DNA of 64,000 nucleotides from Octopus vulgaris (taxonomy: Eukaryota): NCBI GenBank assembly GCA_951406725.2, contig OX597829.1, positions 33,914,001-33,978,000 on the forward strand, given 5' to 3'. The notes under the pieces are model-generated. The model was given only the letters and a program-made list of their open reading frames with translations, did no database searches and had not been told where the DNA came from. Below, piece by piece: positions 11,920-25,498 of this stretch (position 1 is the stretch's first letter; every line of letters starts with the position of its first letter). Made by a program: the position numbers and the translations under genes.

Positions 11920-14790
11920 ATCATCATCATTTAACATCCACCGTCCATGCTAGCATGTGTGGAACAGTTTCACAAGTGCCTGCACCAGGCTTGTGAGACT
12001 GTTTTGGCAGGATTTTTGCAGCTGGATGCAGTAACAGTGATGTAGAGGAACAGGGCTGTAAGGACAGGATTGAGGAGTGTGAGCTAGGCATGGTGTATGA
12101 AGGAAGAAAATGTGGAGATGCATATTGGTTTGTTGGTGTAGTGTGAGATAGCAATAATACAGTGAGACAGGGCATGTGGGTGAAACACACAGGTCGAGGA
12201 CTAGCATAGAGCAATGTTGTGGTAGAGTGTCTGAGAAGTTTTCGTGTTAAGTGTGGGTGGGGGATAGCGCTTCTAGAACTCAGTTTTGCTGACATGGCCG
12301 GGTCTTCTCAAGAAGTTCATAACACCACACTTCTTGGTCCATTGTCATTTTTTTTTATGCAGCTGTTCTCATTTATACACATCACGTGTCCAAACCAACA
12401 TAGTCTTCTTTCTTGCCTGCTACATTTGATTCCTCTTATGCCCAACTTTTCTCTATACATTTGCACTACATGTACTTACTGATGTTGCACATCCAACAGA
12501 GTATACTACCTTTGTTTCTCTCCAGTCTACACGCCTTCTGCATTCAGAGTCCATGTCTCTCTACCATGGAGTATAGCCGTTTGTACAAAAGCATCATATA
12601 GTCTACCTTTCACTCAGAGAGAGGCCTTTTGTTGCCAACAGAGGTTATAGCTCTCTGACCTTCCTCCACCCAAATTTTATTCTAGAAGCAATACTTTCAG
12701 AACATTCTCTATCATTGCTAATTTGGTCACCTAGGTAACAAACTGTCTACAACCTCAAGAGAGCCTCCTGGGTATTTGAGAGAATCTAAGTCCCATGGGA
12801 CTTAGTGCTTATTGTTCCTGCACATCTTCCACATACAAAGGCAACTTTATCTGTTAATCTACTTGTGATTCCACTGCACGTCTTATGTGTCCATAGTTTA
12901 CAGTAGGTGCAGAGAATTTCTTCCAACTCCTTTCCTACATATTGAGCAAGGCCATTTATCTGACAGAAAGAGAGTGTTATCTTCTATCTTACTAACAACA
13001 CCTTTGGTCTTAGGTTAACTTTAAGTCCCTTTGATTCCGGGTCTTGTTTCCATACCTGGCATTTCTTCTCCAATTCTGCAAGAGCAAGGTCAACAGCATA
13101 TAGCAGTTCCCACAGGCACCCAGTTTTGAATTCCTCTAATAGCCTGAAGGACTCAGAGTGGGCTGAGAACTGAACCCTGGTGAACCCCTACCTGTACACT
13201 AAATACATCACTGTATTCATGGCCAACTCTCACCTTGTTGACAGCACCACTGTACATGGCTTGTACAGCTCTAACAAGCCACTCCTCTACTCCTAACTTT
13301 CTTAAAGACCACCATGTAACAGAGCGGGGAATTCTGTCAAAAGCTTTCTCCAGGTTGATGAAGGCTAAGTACAATGGCTTACTTTTGGCCAAGTACTTTT
13401 CCTGCAGTTGTCTCACCAGGAAGATGGCATCTGTGGTATGCTTCCCAGGTATAAAACCAAACTGCATCTCATCTAGCTTAATCTTTTTTCTAATCAATTG
13501 AGCAATAACCCTCTCAGTAACTTTCATGACTTGGTCTAGCAATTTAGTACCTCTGAAGTTGTTTCTATCTAAGGCATCATCTTTACCCTTGTAGCAGCCA
13601 ACTATAAGACTACTACTACACCATTCACTGGGGATGGTGCCTTATTGAATAACCTGATTAACTATACAAGTGACTAAGCTGTATTCTACACCACTTGAAA
13701 TTTTAATAATCTCAGCAGTGATTCCTGATGGCTCAGAGACTTTCCTTGTCTTCATGTCTTTAATTGCCTTATCTATTATGCTGCTATCAACTTTGATGTC
13801 TGGTCCCTCAATTGGTTCGATATTTCGTAGAATCTCCTCCCATTCATTTTCCACATATAGTAACCTTCTATAGCAACACTTCCATGCATCTTTCTTCTCT
13901 GAGTCACTAAGCGCAAGCATTCCATTATCCATTCGCACACATTTCTCACCTACCACATCTCCATTTTCTATGATACATTGCTTTGCAATCCTGAACACCT
14001 CACTCCTCTGATTCTCATGCTGTTGAACATTTGCAAATTTCTTACCTTCAGCTATTCCTGTTGCTATGTATTCCTGATGCCTAGCTGCCCTTTTGGCTAC
14101 CTGAGATAATTCTCTGCTTCCACCATTTTTCTACTCCTGTCTTTTTGCTTTTATAGTACTATCAACTTCCTTGGTCTAGCTGGGACTCTGCACCAACCAC
14201 AGACTTTGTCCATAGCCCTCAGTAGATTGTCTTGTAGGAACTTCCAATTGTCCTCTGAGCTATGTGTCCCCAACTCTTCCTCTCTTTCATCAGAAGCTTC
14301 CATTAGTAAATCTCTAGATTTTTGTCTGTTTTGTTTTTTTTTTAGCTTCCATAGTCTTCTTTTCCAGATTGGTCTATTTCTCCAAGTCTTTCTAGCTCTA
14401 ATTCTGAAATCACTAACTTGTAACCTATGTTGAGTTTTACACTCTTCACCTAGGAAAGACTTTGCATATTTAACCCTTTAGCATTCAGATTATACTGTCG
14501 AATGTAATGCTTATTTATTCACATTGTTTTGAATTAATCATGTATTATCTCATAGCATTGAGATTTTGATGATGTAATTGCTTATTTTTAGAATGACATT
14601 GCAGCATAGGTGTGAGAGGTCAGATCTGGCATGTTTGAACAATAAACATAATATTTGGGCCGGTTTAAATGCGAAAGGGTTAAGCATCCATCTATCTTGT
14701 TGCCTGGTGAGGAGGTAGCCAATTTGAGAGGTGATTAGGTGGCTGGCTGGCTGGTTTTTTGAAGTTAGTGTTGAGGGTCATGAGATCATT
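11920..14790 (-). mobile_element. RTE-clade LINE, old decayed copy, interrupted by a MITE
   Basis: Minus ORFs with RT motifs QFGFIPGKHTTDAIFLVRQLQEK, AFINLEKAFDRIP and GVHQGSVLSPL; 3' end at a (CAT)n tail near 11920. Confidence 0.9.
14474..14679. mobile_element. piggyBac-type MITE (206 bp) nested in the RTE LINE
   Basis: TTAA|CCCTTTAGCATT ... AATGCGAAAGGG|TTAA. Removing it restores RTE sequence colinear with 19620-19700. Confidence 0.88.
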
Positions 14791-15332
14791 TGCATCACAG
14801 AACTACATGTACTTCGACTATACTTTATTTTTTCTCACATATACTTTTTCTATTAGCATTTAACAGTAAATTATTTCCCTTTCTGTTTGTCTGTGCCCAG
14901 TTCAACTGCTTTCTTTTATCAGCTTTTTGTTTCTCCAAATGTCAGTTACACAAGCTCCACAGACTTTTCACCAGTGCTGCCAATTTATATTTTAATATTA
15001 GTACTACTGATATACTTTTTCTGTCAGCATTTTTTCATTGCACACGTTTCTGCCAGCTACTCTTCCACACCTTCTCTCATACACCCCATCCTTCCATGCC
15101 ATTACACTCCCATTTTTACACTTCACCTAACTTCTTCCCCCATGCACATCACTATACACAAATAACAACCCAAATATGTACACACTTCATTCCTAACTCT
15201 CTTTATGCAACCTCCTCCTTGATGACGACTGGTACCTGAAACATAAAGACTCCCTTCTTTTTAAGTGTTAAGGTTTTGTTGAAACATATCCCTCCTATTT
15301 TGTCTTTTTTTAGTGCATACATCTACAGTCTT

Positions 15333-16656
15333 ATACACATTCCAAGAAAGGAAAAGCCTGTATAAATATTTTATTTTTATAAGTACTTCTATAAATATAA
15401 ATACTTCTTTTGATGTTTTATCAAATTGTGATAACACTGTTTAGTGTAGTACAATGTTGTCTCAACAGATGGTGTTACCCTCATACCTATAACATCAACA
15501 AGTGACACCTACAACATGGAGGACTTACAATTATCGCTTGAGGAGTGTAATATTATTTTCAAATTGGTATTTCAAATTTGAAAAGGTATAAGTCCAAAGG
15601 CATTGGAGTCATGAGTTTGTAACACAACTTCCAACATATTAGACAATTTCACGGATTCATGATATGTTCAATGCACATGGTACTGTGTGTAAAGTGCATA
15701 AAGAAAATCTGGCAGACCTCATACAGCATCAAGTGCTGTTTCCTCAGCTGCGGTGTTGGAACAGTTCACATTTTCACTTAAGAAGTCTACCACACAATGT
15801 GCATTGAAACAGGAGTAAGTAGTACAATCATACAGCGCCTTCTTAAAAAGCTAAGTGGAAAGTTTACAACCCAAGATTAATGAAATGCAATTAATGAAAA
15901 CAATCCAGATCAAAAAATCCTGTTTCAACAAATGGTAGGTGAGGATGAAGAGTTGGTGAGAAAGATTGTGTGGCCTGCTGAAGCACAATTTAAGCTAAAT
16001 AGAATAGTGAACCGACGTCATTGTGTTTACTGGTCATCAGAAAATCTTCACATACAGATGGACAAAGTAGTCAATGTCTGGTGTGAAATGTTATCTAGAG
16101 GTTTAGTATGACCATTTTTCTTTGAAGGTACTGTTACTGGTCAGGCTTACTTAGACATGCTACACACATCAATCTTACGTGTCATACACAAACTTTATGG
16201 AAATGATGAATTTTTCTTTCAACAAGACACCACACTGCCACCAAGATGTGTGAGCTTATCTCAATGAGAATTTACAAGGACACTGGCTAGCAAGAAGAGG
16301 TGTAGTTGAGTTTCCTTTGCATTCTCCTGATTTAACACCTACAGACTTTTACCTAGGGGTTACCATAAAGGATGTCATGTATCACAGAAAACTGGCTATA
16401 TTCACAGAACTAAGACAAGAAATTGAAAATATATATGCAGCAATCCCACTGGACACTTTGGTCAATGTTGCCCAAGCAGTAGTTCACAATACACATGAAT
16501 ATCTGGAAGCTAATTGCTATCACTTTGAGCACCTCTTCTAATTGTAGAGGCCAAAATTGTATTAATCTCATGACATCTGAATAAATTTAGTATTTAAATA
16601 TTTATATAGATTTTTCCTTTCCTGAAGTCTGTATACTTTTTTCGTGGAATCTAGAT
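15333..16656 (+). mobile_element. Tc1/mariner-superfamily (rosa/maT-like) transposon relic
   Basis: Fragments WPAEAQFKLNRIVNRRHCVYWSSEN, FFFQQD and HSPDLTPTDFYL...KDVMY. Imperfect inverted ends (gaaaggaaaagcctgtataaatattt versus aaatatttatatagatttttcctttc). Confidence 0.8.
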
Positions 16657-17854
16657 ATGAATATATGTATCATATATCATCAACATCATTGTTTAATAAT
16701 TGTCTTCCATGCTGGCATGTGTTGGATGGTTTGACAGCAGCTGGCAAGCTAGAGAATACACCAAGTCCCATTGACTGTTTTGGCGTGGTTTCTACAGCTG
16801 AATGCCTTCCCTAAAACCAACCTCTTTACAAAGTTTACTGGGTGGTTGCATGTAGCACCAGCATTGATGCTTTTTACATGACACCAACAGCAAGTAACTT
16901 GCATGACAAAGCCCTCTCAGCTGGAAGGAGTGGAACTGCACGAAGTGTCTTTGTGCCAGGTGAGAGCTTAGAGCATAATAGAGAGATAGAGATGGGTGTC
17001 TTACTTTGGAAGAAATACTTGGCTACCCCAGTAGGAAACGGGAAAAAGATAGTGAGACTGAAATTGATGGTGTTGGAGATAGATCGGGACCTGCCCTTGG
17101 GTAATGGGGGTGGGTGGGTGGGTATAAGTGGTACAGAGTGGATAGTTGGAGATGTTCCATAAGAGTGTGGAGCAAGATATTTAGAGATAAGAGGTGACAA
17201 GCAAATGACTGTGACAGAAAATTGGAGTGGTTGGTACGAAAGTATGGTAGTTATGTGAGGGCATGGAGAGTAGGTGGGCACATGAGAGAAAGAGGAGGAG
17301 GCTGCAGTGGGTAGTGACCATGTGACTTGTGGAGGAGTTTTCAGAGGACAGATTGTGTGTGTAAGGGGATATGGGGCATGAATACCGTGATTTTATTTGG
17401 CTTCATGTGTCTTCCCAAGCACAAGGCTCAAAAACCTAAGATTGTTTCTCGCTACTTTGTCCCATATTCTCCTAATTTAGAGATTGGCACTTCATTATGC
17501 AACTGTTTTCATTCATGTATGTCACATGTCCATACCAGTGCTATCTTCTCTTACTACATCTCATGCCTCTTACAATCAGTTTTTCTTTTAAAACACTCAA
17601 CTATACATTCACACTTACATCACACATTCAGTGAAGCATACTGGCTTTATTTCTTTCAAGTTTTATAAATCCTCAGCAATCACTACCCATGTTTTGCTGC
17701 CATGTAGCATAGCTGTCTGAACAAATGCATCATGTAGTAGATATGTGGACATGATGCAACACATTCCAATCCAGTCAAGATTTTGGATGTATAACTGGTT
17801 CAGTAACTTGTCTTCAGCTACAGAGAATTAAAGATGTTAATATTGGTGTGTGTA

Positions 17855-17900
<46 letters not shown>

Positions 17901-17949
17901 TGTATATATTTGTAAATATGTATATGCGTGTGTATATATATATATATAT

Positions 17950-18318
17950 AGGCTGTGTGGTAAGTACCTTGTTTACCAACCACATGGTTCCAGGTTCAGT
18001 CCCACTGCGTGGCACCTTGGGCAAGTGTCTTCTACTATAGCCTCGGGCCGACCAAAGCCTTGTGAGTGGATTTGGTAGACAGAAACTGAAAGAAGCCCGT
18101 CGTATATATGTCTTTGTGTGTCTGTGTTTGTCCCCCTAGCATTACTTGACAACCGATGCTGGTGTGTTTATGTCCCCGTTACTTAGCGGTTCGGCAAAAG
18201 AGACCGATAGAATAAGTACTGGGCTTACAAAAGAATAAGTCCCGGGGTCGAGTTGCTCGATTAAAGGCGGTGCTCCAGCATGGCCGCAGTCAAATGACTG
18301 AAACAAGTAAAAGAGTAA
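17950..18318 (+). mobile_element. tRNA-derived SINE family A, near full length, best-preserved copy
   Basis: A-box-like ggctgtgtggtaag, B-box ggttcagtccc, central gcaccttgggcaagtg block, 3' atgactgaaacaagtaaaagag. At least seven related copies in the window. Confidence 0.88.
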
Positions 18319-18959
18319 AGCATATCTATATGTATAGTTACATGCCCTGCCAAAGAATACGGATCCGAGAAGATGCTCAATTAAGAAGTTTTATCTTTTC
18401 AACCTTGTTTTATCTACTCTTCTATTTCTGCACTGATCATAAACCCCTATTAGTTCTTTTCATTATTCTGTCTATTTCAGTACCATGTCATCATGTAAAT
18501 GTAAATATAGTTTTTCAATAGTCTCATCTTCCTTGTTGTTCCCTTAAGATAACCTCAGTTCACACATTTCCTTAACTGCAACATATTCATCGATTCATTC
18601 CATCTATTAAAGTTTTATCGCACAGTCACTTATTACTCTAATTTTGTCTTAGATTGTCTGACCGAACACTCTCAGATTTTTCAAGTCTATTTTACTATTA
18701 TCAACATTTACTGTCTCTTTAAATTATGCTACGCAGATCCCAAAAGAACTCCCACCCCCTCCACCGGAAGTTCCTATCCTTTGTCATCCTTGGTTGTCTC
18801 CCATGAACACTTCTAAAGGCTTTACGCCATCCCCACCCCTACTTAGGACTATCTCCTATGTAAGCTAGTGATCATATAGTGCAAAAGTATGATAGTGTAG
18901 TGTATGCAGGTTGAACTGAAGGCTATTGTTTAGGAATTCCGCCAAATGCAAGCTTTCTT

Positions 18960-20418
18960 TTTAAGTACATGAAGCTACTGTTCTTCGTCCCAGGGTCTCA
19001 CGGGCCCATATCTCCCACACCCTTATGGTTGGCACAATGAAAGGTAGGTCTAGTGAGATTGTTGAGATGCTTGAACAGAGATGTGTAGATATGTGCTGCA
19101 TCAAAGAAGTAAGGTTGTGAGAAGATTCTACTAGGTTCCTCAAAGGCAAAGAACACAGGTACAAGATTTTCTGGGCAGGGAACACTGACAGGGTCGGGGG
19201 CATGGGTATACTTCTTGCTGAGAAATAGGTAGATAAGGTAATCAAGGTAGTCAGAGTATGCGACAGAATACTTAAAATTAGATTAGTGCTTCATCATGAG
19301 TTAGCAACCATTATATCAGCCTATGCCCCTCAGCCAAGGCTACTCAATGGACAGAAAGACCAATTCTATGACACCCTCTTGCAGACTACCTCATTGACAA
19401 ATGACAGAGATCTTCTCTTTATGGCTGGTGACTTCAATGGACAGGAGGCTTCCATGGCATACATAGAGGCTACGGTTATGGCTCCTGCAATGAGGATGGA
19501 ACTAGGCTGCTTGAGTTCTGCGATGCAAATGATCTTATGGTTTGCAATACTAACTTCAGGAAATCTGCAAGTCACCTAGTCACCTACCGATCAGGCAGAC
19601 ACACTAGCCAAATTGGCTATGTCCTCACCAAAAAAAGGGAAAGATGGCTGCTTATAAATATAAAAAACTTCCCATGTGAAGAATGTACCCCACAACATAG
19701 ACTGCTAGTTAGTGACTTTAGGATCAGGGCTAAGTAGATGACCAGCATGGAGGAGAAGATTCTGGAAGCTTAAAGATCCTGCAAATGGACAGAGATTTAG
19801 AGACCTATTACTCGAAGCCATTGACCAAATAGAAGGGGATATAGCTTCACACGATGTAGAAGACAATTGGAGGTTTCTACAGGACAACCTGCTGAAAGCC
19901 TCTGACCAGATCTGTGGATGGTGCAAAGTCCCTTCTCAACCCAAAATAACGTGGTGGTGGAACAATGTTGTAGACAGGGATATTAGAGAAAAGAATCAGG
20001 CTTGGAAGGACTGGAAGAATGGTGGTAGCAGGGAATTGTATCAGACTGTCAGAAGGGAAGCTAGGAGGCAGGTTTATTTAGCCAGAGGGGAAGCACATAA
20101 GAAAAAATTTGCCAATGTTCTGCACCGTGAGGACCAAAGACTTGAGCTATTTCATGTTGCAAGACAGAGTGTGAGAGAGAATCTTGATGTAGGAGAGAAA
20201 TGTGTCCGCATGGAAGATAGTTCTATGCACTAAATGAGGTTGCAAAGAGAGAGGTTTGGAGACGCCATTATGAAAGGTTGCTCAATAAAGAAAATGAATG
20301 AGAGAAAGAGAGTCTGCCGAATGTCAACCCAACAAAGGGACCTTGGTAGATAAAGGAAGTGTATGAAGACAGGGAAAGCCCCCCAGCCCATCAGGAATTA
20401 CTGCAGAGATGCTCAAAA
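18960..20418 (+). mobile_element. RTE-clade LINE, 5' part (APE endonuclease and linker), decayed
   Basis: APE motifs IISAYAPQ and FMAGDFNG; TNFRK...HLVTYRSG; QHRLLVSDF; TWWWN. Confidence 0.9.
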
Positions 20419-20446
20419 TATATATATATATACATATATGTATATA

Positions 20447-21940
20447 TATCATCATCATCATCGTTTAACGTTCGTTCTCCATGCTAGCATGGCTTGGACG
20501 GTTCGACCGGGGATCTGGGAAGCCAGAAGGCTGCACCAGGCTCCAGTCTTATCTGGCAATGTTTCTACAGCTGGATGCCCTTCCTAACGCCAACCACTCC
20601 GTGAGTGTAGTGGATGCTTTTTACGTGCCACCTGCACAGGTGCCAGGAGAGGCTGGCAAGGGCCACGGTCGGATTGGTGCATTTTACGTGCCACCGGCAC
20701 GGAAGCCAGTCGAGGCGGCGCTGGCATCAGCCACGAGTCAGATAGTGCTTTTTACGTACCACCAGTCCAGGGGTCCTGGCTGGTTCAATTCGATTTTGAT
20801 TTCGCTTGCCCCAACATGTCTTCACAAGCAAAGGGGGTTGGCATGGGTGCCTGTCGTCGGATGAGGTTCTATATCGACTTCGCTTACCTCAACAGGTCTT
20901 TGTGTCCAAGGGAGGAAAGGCATGCATAAGTGGGCTGGGCTCACTTGTCCTGCCTGGTCTTCTCATGTACGGCATATTTCCAAAGGTCTCGGTTGCTGGT
21001 CATTTCCTCAGTGAGGCCTAAAGTTCGAAGGTCGTGCTTCACCACCTCATCCCAGGTTTTCCTGGGTCTACCTCTTCCACGGGTTCCCTCAACTGCTAGG
21101 GATTGGCACTTTCTCACACACCTATCTTCATCCATTCTCGCCACATGACCATACCAGCGCAATCTTTCTTGCACACCACAACTGATGCTTCTTAGGTACA
21201 ACATTTCTCTCAAGGTACTAACGCTCTGTTGAGTATGTACACTGACATTACACATCCATCGGAGCATACTGGCTTCATTCCTCACGAGCTTACGCATGTC
21301 CTCAGCAGTCACGGCCCATGTTTCACTGCCATGTAGCATGGCTGTTAGTACACATGCATCATACAGTCTGCCTTTTACTCTGAGCGAGAGGCCTTTAGTC
21401 ACCAGCAGAGGTAAGAGCTCCCTAAACTTTGCCCAGGCTATTCTTATTCTAGCAGTTACACTTTCAGCGCACCCACCCCCACTACTGACTTGGTCACCTA
21501 GATAGCGGAAGCTATCAACTACTTCTAGTTTTTCCCCTTGGAAAGTGACGGAAGTTGTTTTCTGCAGATTTTCGGAGGTTAATGCTCCTGAGCATCTGCC
21601 AAATACAAAAACTATCTTCCCAGTTACCCTACCTTTGACATTGCTGCACCTCTTATGTGTCCATAGCTTACACTGGGTACATCTTATAGAGTTTCTACCT
21701 ACACCTTTTCTACAGATCAAGCAGGGCCATCTTCCTGAAGACATTTGTGGATTGTCTACCTTCCTACTTATTAGTACTTTGGTTTTAGCTAGGTTGACTC
21801 TAAGGCCCCTCGATTCTAAACCCTCCTTCCACACCTGGAACTTCTCCTCCAGTTCTGATAGTGACTCAGCAATTAGAGCAAGGTCGTCAGCATAGAGGAG
21901 CTCCCAGGGGCAACCTGTCTTGAATTCCTCCGTAATTGCC
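20447..21940 (-). mobile_element. RTE-clade LINE, 3' part (RT C-terminus and 3' UTR), relatively young
   Basis: LLYADD at about 21880-21900. A 297-aa ORF contains FRYLG, MLHGSETW, LRWYGHVARM and GRGRPRKTW. The 3' UTR ends in (GAT)n. Confidence 0.93.
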
Positions 21941-21957
21941 TATATATACATATATAT

Positions 21958-22511
21958 ATATCATCATCATCATTTAACGTCCGTTTTCCATGCTAGCATG
22001 GGTTGGACGGTTCCACCTGGATCTGGGAAGCCAGGAGACTGCAACAGGCTCCAGTCTGATCTGGCAGTGTTTCTACAGCTGGATGCCCTTTCTAACACCA
22101 ACTCCATCACGGAAGTCAGTTAAAGTGGCGCTGGCATCACCTCGTTCGGATGGTGCTTTTTACGTGCCACCATCAGAAGTATCTCAACTACAATTTCCAT
22201 TGGATTTTTTATTATGATGTTGATGTATTTGACTCAATAGGCCTCCTCATGCACAGCAGGTCACCCTACGATCCAAGGAAAGCACAGCAGGCCGTTCTGT
22301 GATCCAAGGTACTTTGGATAGGCTGCGGTTGCTATGTGAAACTGGTGCAGGAAACAGCCATGAACTCACGTTATTTGTCAGGTCTTTGCAGTCACAGCAT
22401 ATCTCCAAAGTCTCGGTCTTTCGTCATTGCCTCTGTGAGGCCCAACGTTCGAAGGTGATGCTTGACCACCTCATCACATGTCTTCCTGGGTCTACCTCTA
22501 CCCCGGATTTC

Positions 22512-22515
<4 letters not shown>
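21958..22515 (-). mobile_element. RTE-clade LINE 3' fragment
   Basis: [24 protein letters not shown] plus the same 3' terminus as the 20447 copy. Confidence 0.85.
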
Positions 22516-22555
<40 letters not shown>

Positions 22556-22780
22556 TATATGTATGTATATATATATGCATATATGTATGTATATATATAT
22601 GCATATATGTATGTATATATATATATATCACGTGATCACGTGACTGACCAGACCATCAGATGTTGCAACACATCGCTGGTCACAATGTGTTTGCATTGTT
22701 TTAGCCTTCGAATGACGCCACCCCACTGGCTAAGCGAGCAGGCCAATATATATATATATATATATATATATGCATATATG

Positions 22781-22818
<38 letters not shown>

Positions 22819-22829
22819 TATATGTATGT

Positions 22830-24447
22830 ATTAAGAAAGCTAATAATATAATAGAAACAGACATATACTATAAGCCTACAGACTCTAAGCAATATCTTCC
22901 ATTCAATTCATGCCACCCCAGACACACCAGGATGAATATCCCCTTCAATCTAGCAAAAAGGATATGCACTATAGTCTCTAACGCAAACACCAGAGACACA
23001 CGACTACAAGAACTAAAAGATACCCTTATCACCAGGAACTATCCACCTTCACTTATTGACAAGTGCCCTTCAACTTAACATCAAGGAACTGAGACATCCC
23101 AAATCAAAGAAAAACTTACAACCAAAAGCCTTACCATCTCCACACACAACCCTCTCAATAACGAAGCCTTCGGCACCATCCTCCACAACATACCCCTCCT
23201 AAAAAAAGACCACAGAATGAACACAATCCTCCAAACACACACGATCATAAAAAGCAAAAGACAGCCTAGATCCATGAAAAGTCTCCTAACACAAGCCCGA
23301 ATTCACTCTTCAACACAGAAGGCGACAGTAAAAAAATGTGGAAGACCCAATTGCGGGATATGCGACTATCTAATTGAGGGATCAGAGTTCTCCTTCAAAC
23401 AGGGACAACGGTTTACAGTGAAAAGCAACTTCACATGTGCTTCGGAGAACCTAATATACTCACTAACCTGCTCCGGGTGTCAAGAGCAGTACATAGGCCA
23501 AACAAAAAATGGTTTGCGTAAACGAATGGCCCTGCACAGATCCCAGATAAAAATTCCCCAAAACAGAAAAATAGCTTTTAGCCAACACATAGATACTTGC
23601 GCCAACAAAAAATACCAAACTTCAGGATTTTCCCCCTCTACCAATTTAGGGACGATACAACCTCGAGACAACGAATAAGTAAAGAAAATCTCTTTATTAC
23701 AAAATACAAGCCACTTCTTAATGGGTCTACGACAAACAATTAATATACCTCAACTTTAGAATAAAAGAAATATATACACACACAAATATTACACTCCATA
23801 GAATCCATTACTAATCAGCCCCATCACAGCTATACTTTCACCCATTCATATTCTCCCTTCTCTGTTTTTTTCTTCTTCTTCCTCTTCTTCTTCATCATCA
23901 TCATTATCATCATCATCGTCGTCATCATCATCACCATCATCTTCTCCTTCTCCTTCTTCTTCTTCATCATCATCATCATCATCAACATCGTCATCTTATT
24001 CTTCTTCTTCTACTTCTCCACCTTCCACCCCTTAACCTTGTCACTAATGTCTTTCAGTATAACGCCTACGCAAATTCCATAAATAATTCCTGAATCGAAC
24101 TGGGACTGCTGTCAGCCACTGACCATTCAAAATACGACCATCAAGGCATTCCCAGATTTCCCCACCCCCTCTCCACATCAGCCTCCTTATTCTTCACCTA
24201 CCCTACCAAGAACTCACAACGACCTCGAACACACAAGTGCAAACAAGGGAGTCAGAGAAAGGCAGATTACTACTTATATCTGAACACTACTATAGAAATA
24301 TTCTTTTAAAAAAACTTTTCTTCTAATTTTTCTAAATTTAATTATTTAATCGTTACAGTTGAAAAGGTCTCAAAATGACCGAAACCGGTACTGAAAGATT
24401 CACTATAAAATTATCTTAGCATTTTCTATTTTTGACTTGTTTTTTCA
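22830..24447 (+). mobile_element. Penelope-like retroelement, 5'-truncated: RT thumb, GIY-YIG endonuclease, 3' pseudo-LTR
   Basis: IETDIYYKPTDSKQYLPFNSCHP...IPFNLAKRI...LQELKDTLITRNYP (RT C-terminus); Cys-rich linker CGRPNCGIC (Neptune-like); NLIYSLTCSGCQEQYIGQT...RKRMALHR (GIY-YIG). Frameshifted and flanked by TA microsatellites. Confidence 0.92.
24356..24393 (+). ncRNA. Minimal type I hammerhead ribozyme motif, U3-A8 variant, in the Penelope 3' end
   Basis: cag-TTGAAAA-ggtc-tcaaaat-gacc-GAAA-ccgg-TA-ctg: stem I cag/ctg (extendable by aatc/gatt), stem II ggtc/gacc, palindromic stem III ACCGGT, GUA cleavage triplet. Confidence 0.75.
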
Positions 24448-24467
24448 TATATATATATATATATATA

Positions 24468-24516
<49 letters not shown>

Positions 24517-24711
24517 GCACATATGTATATATATATGCATATATGTATATATATATATGTGTGTGTGTGTATATATATGTGTGTGTGTGTATATATATAT
24601 GTGTGTGTGTGTATATATATATATGTGTGTATATATATGTATATATATATATACCGGAGTAAACACATAAATGTGAAACAAGGTGGAAAAAAGAGTACTC
24701 AAATACCAGTG

Positions 24712-25498
24712 GTACCGTTGGCCCTCTGATTGATGAAAATGGTACTCTTCAAGACAATGCCAAAACCATGGGAGAGATATTGCAGAAACAATATTGCTCT
24801 GTTTTCAGCAATCCTGATATGACTGATCTGGGCTGTATCAGTGATGTTACTCCCCAATACACTTTATCGGACATAACATTTGGCGCTCCTGATGTCTTAG
24901 CAGCAATAAAGGAAATGAAGCATAATTCAGCAGTAGGTCCCGATAGGTTCCCTGCTTGTGTCTTGAAGATGTGTCAAAACCAACTTGCACCCCCTCTAGC
25001 CAATCTGTGGCGGAACTCACTGGATGCTGGATATATACCAGAAGACCTTCTATCCCAGTCTGTTGTCCCAGTTTTCAAAAAAGGAAACAAATCGCTTGCC
25101 GTGAATTACCGTCCAATCTCACTCACCTCTCATATCATCAAGGTATTTGAGAGGGTGCTGAGATCATGTATGACTCACTTCCTTGAGAGTCATAATATGC
25201 TGAACCCCAACCAGCATGGATTCCGTTATGGGAGAGATTGCCTGACGCAGCTACTGCATCATTTTGATGACATTTTGAGAGCCTTGGGAGAAGGTTCCAA
25301 CACTGATGTCATCTACCTTGATTTCAGCAAGGCCTTTGACAGCGTTGATCATAAGATCCTTCTGAGAAAGCTGTCCAATATTGGTGTCACTGGAAAGCTG
25401 CTGCAGTGGATCAAGTGCTTCCTGTCTAACAGAACCCAACATGTTGTAGTCGAAGGAGTCAAATCCAGCCCAGCCAAAGTCAGCAGTGGTGTCCCACA
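24712..25498 (+). mobile_element. CR1/L2-group LINE RT fragment
   Basis: 257-aa ORF with [21 protein letters not shown] and YLDFSKAFD; cut off at SGVP by the RTE fragment. Confidence 0.88.

Noticed and set aside
17950-18030. tRNA gene
   Set aside because: A/B boxes are present but there is no cloverleaf; it is the head of a multicopy SINE.
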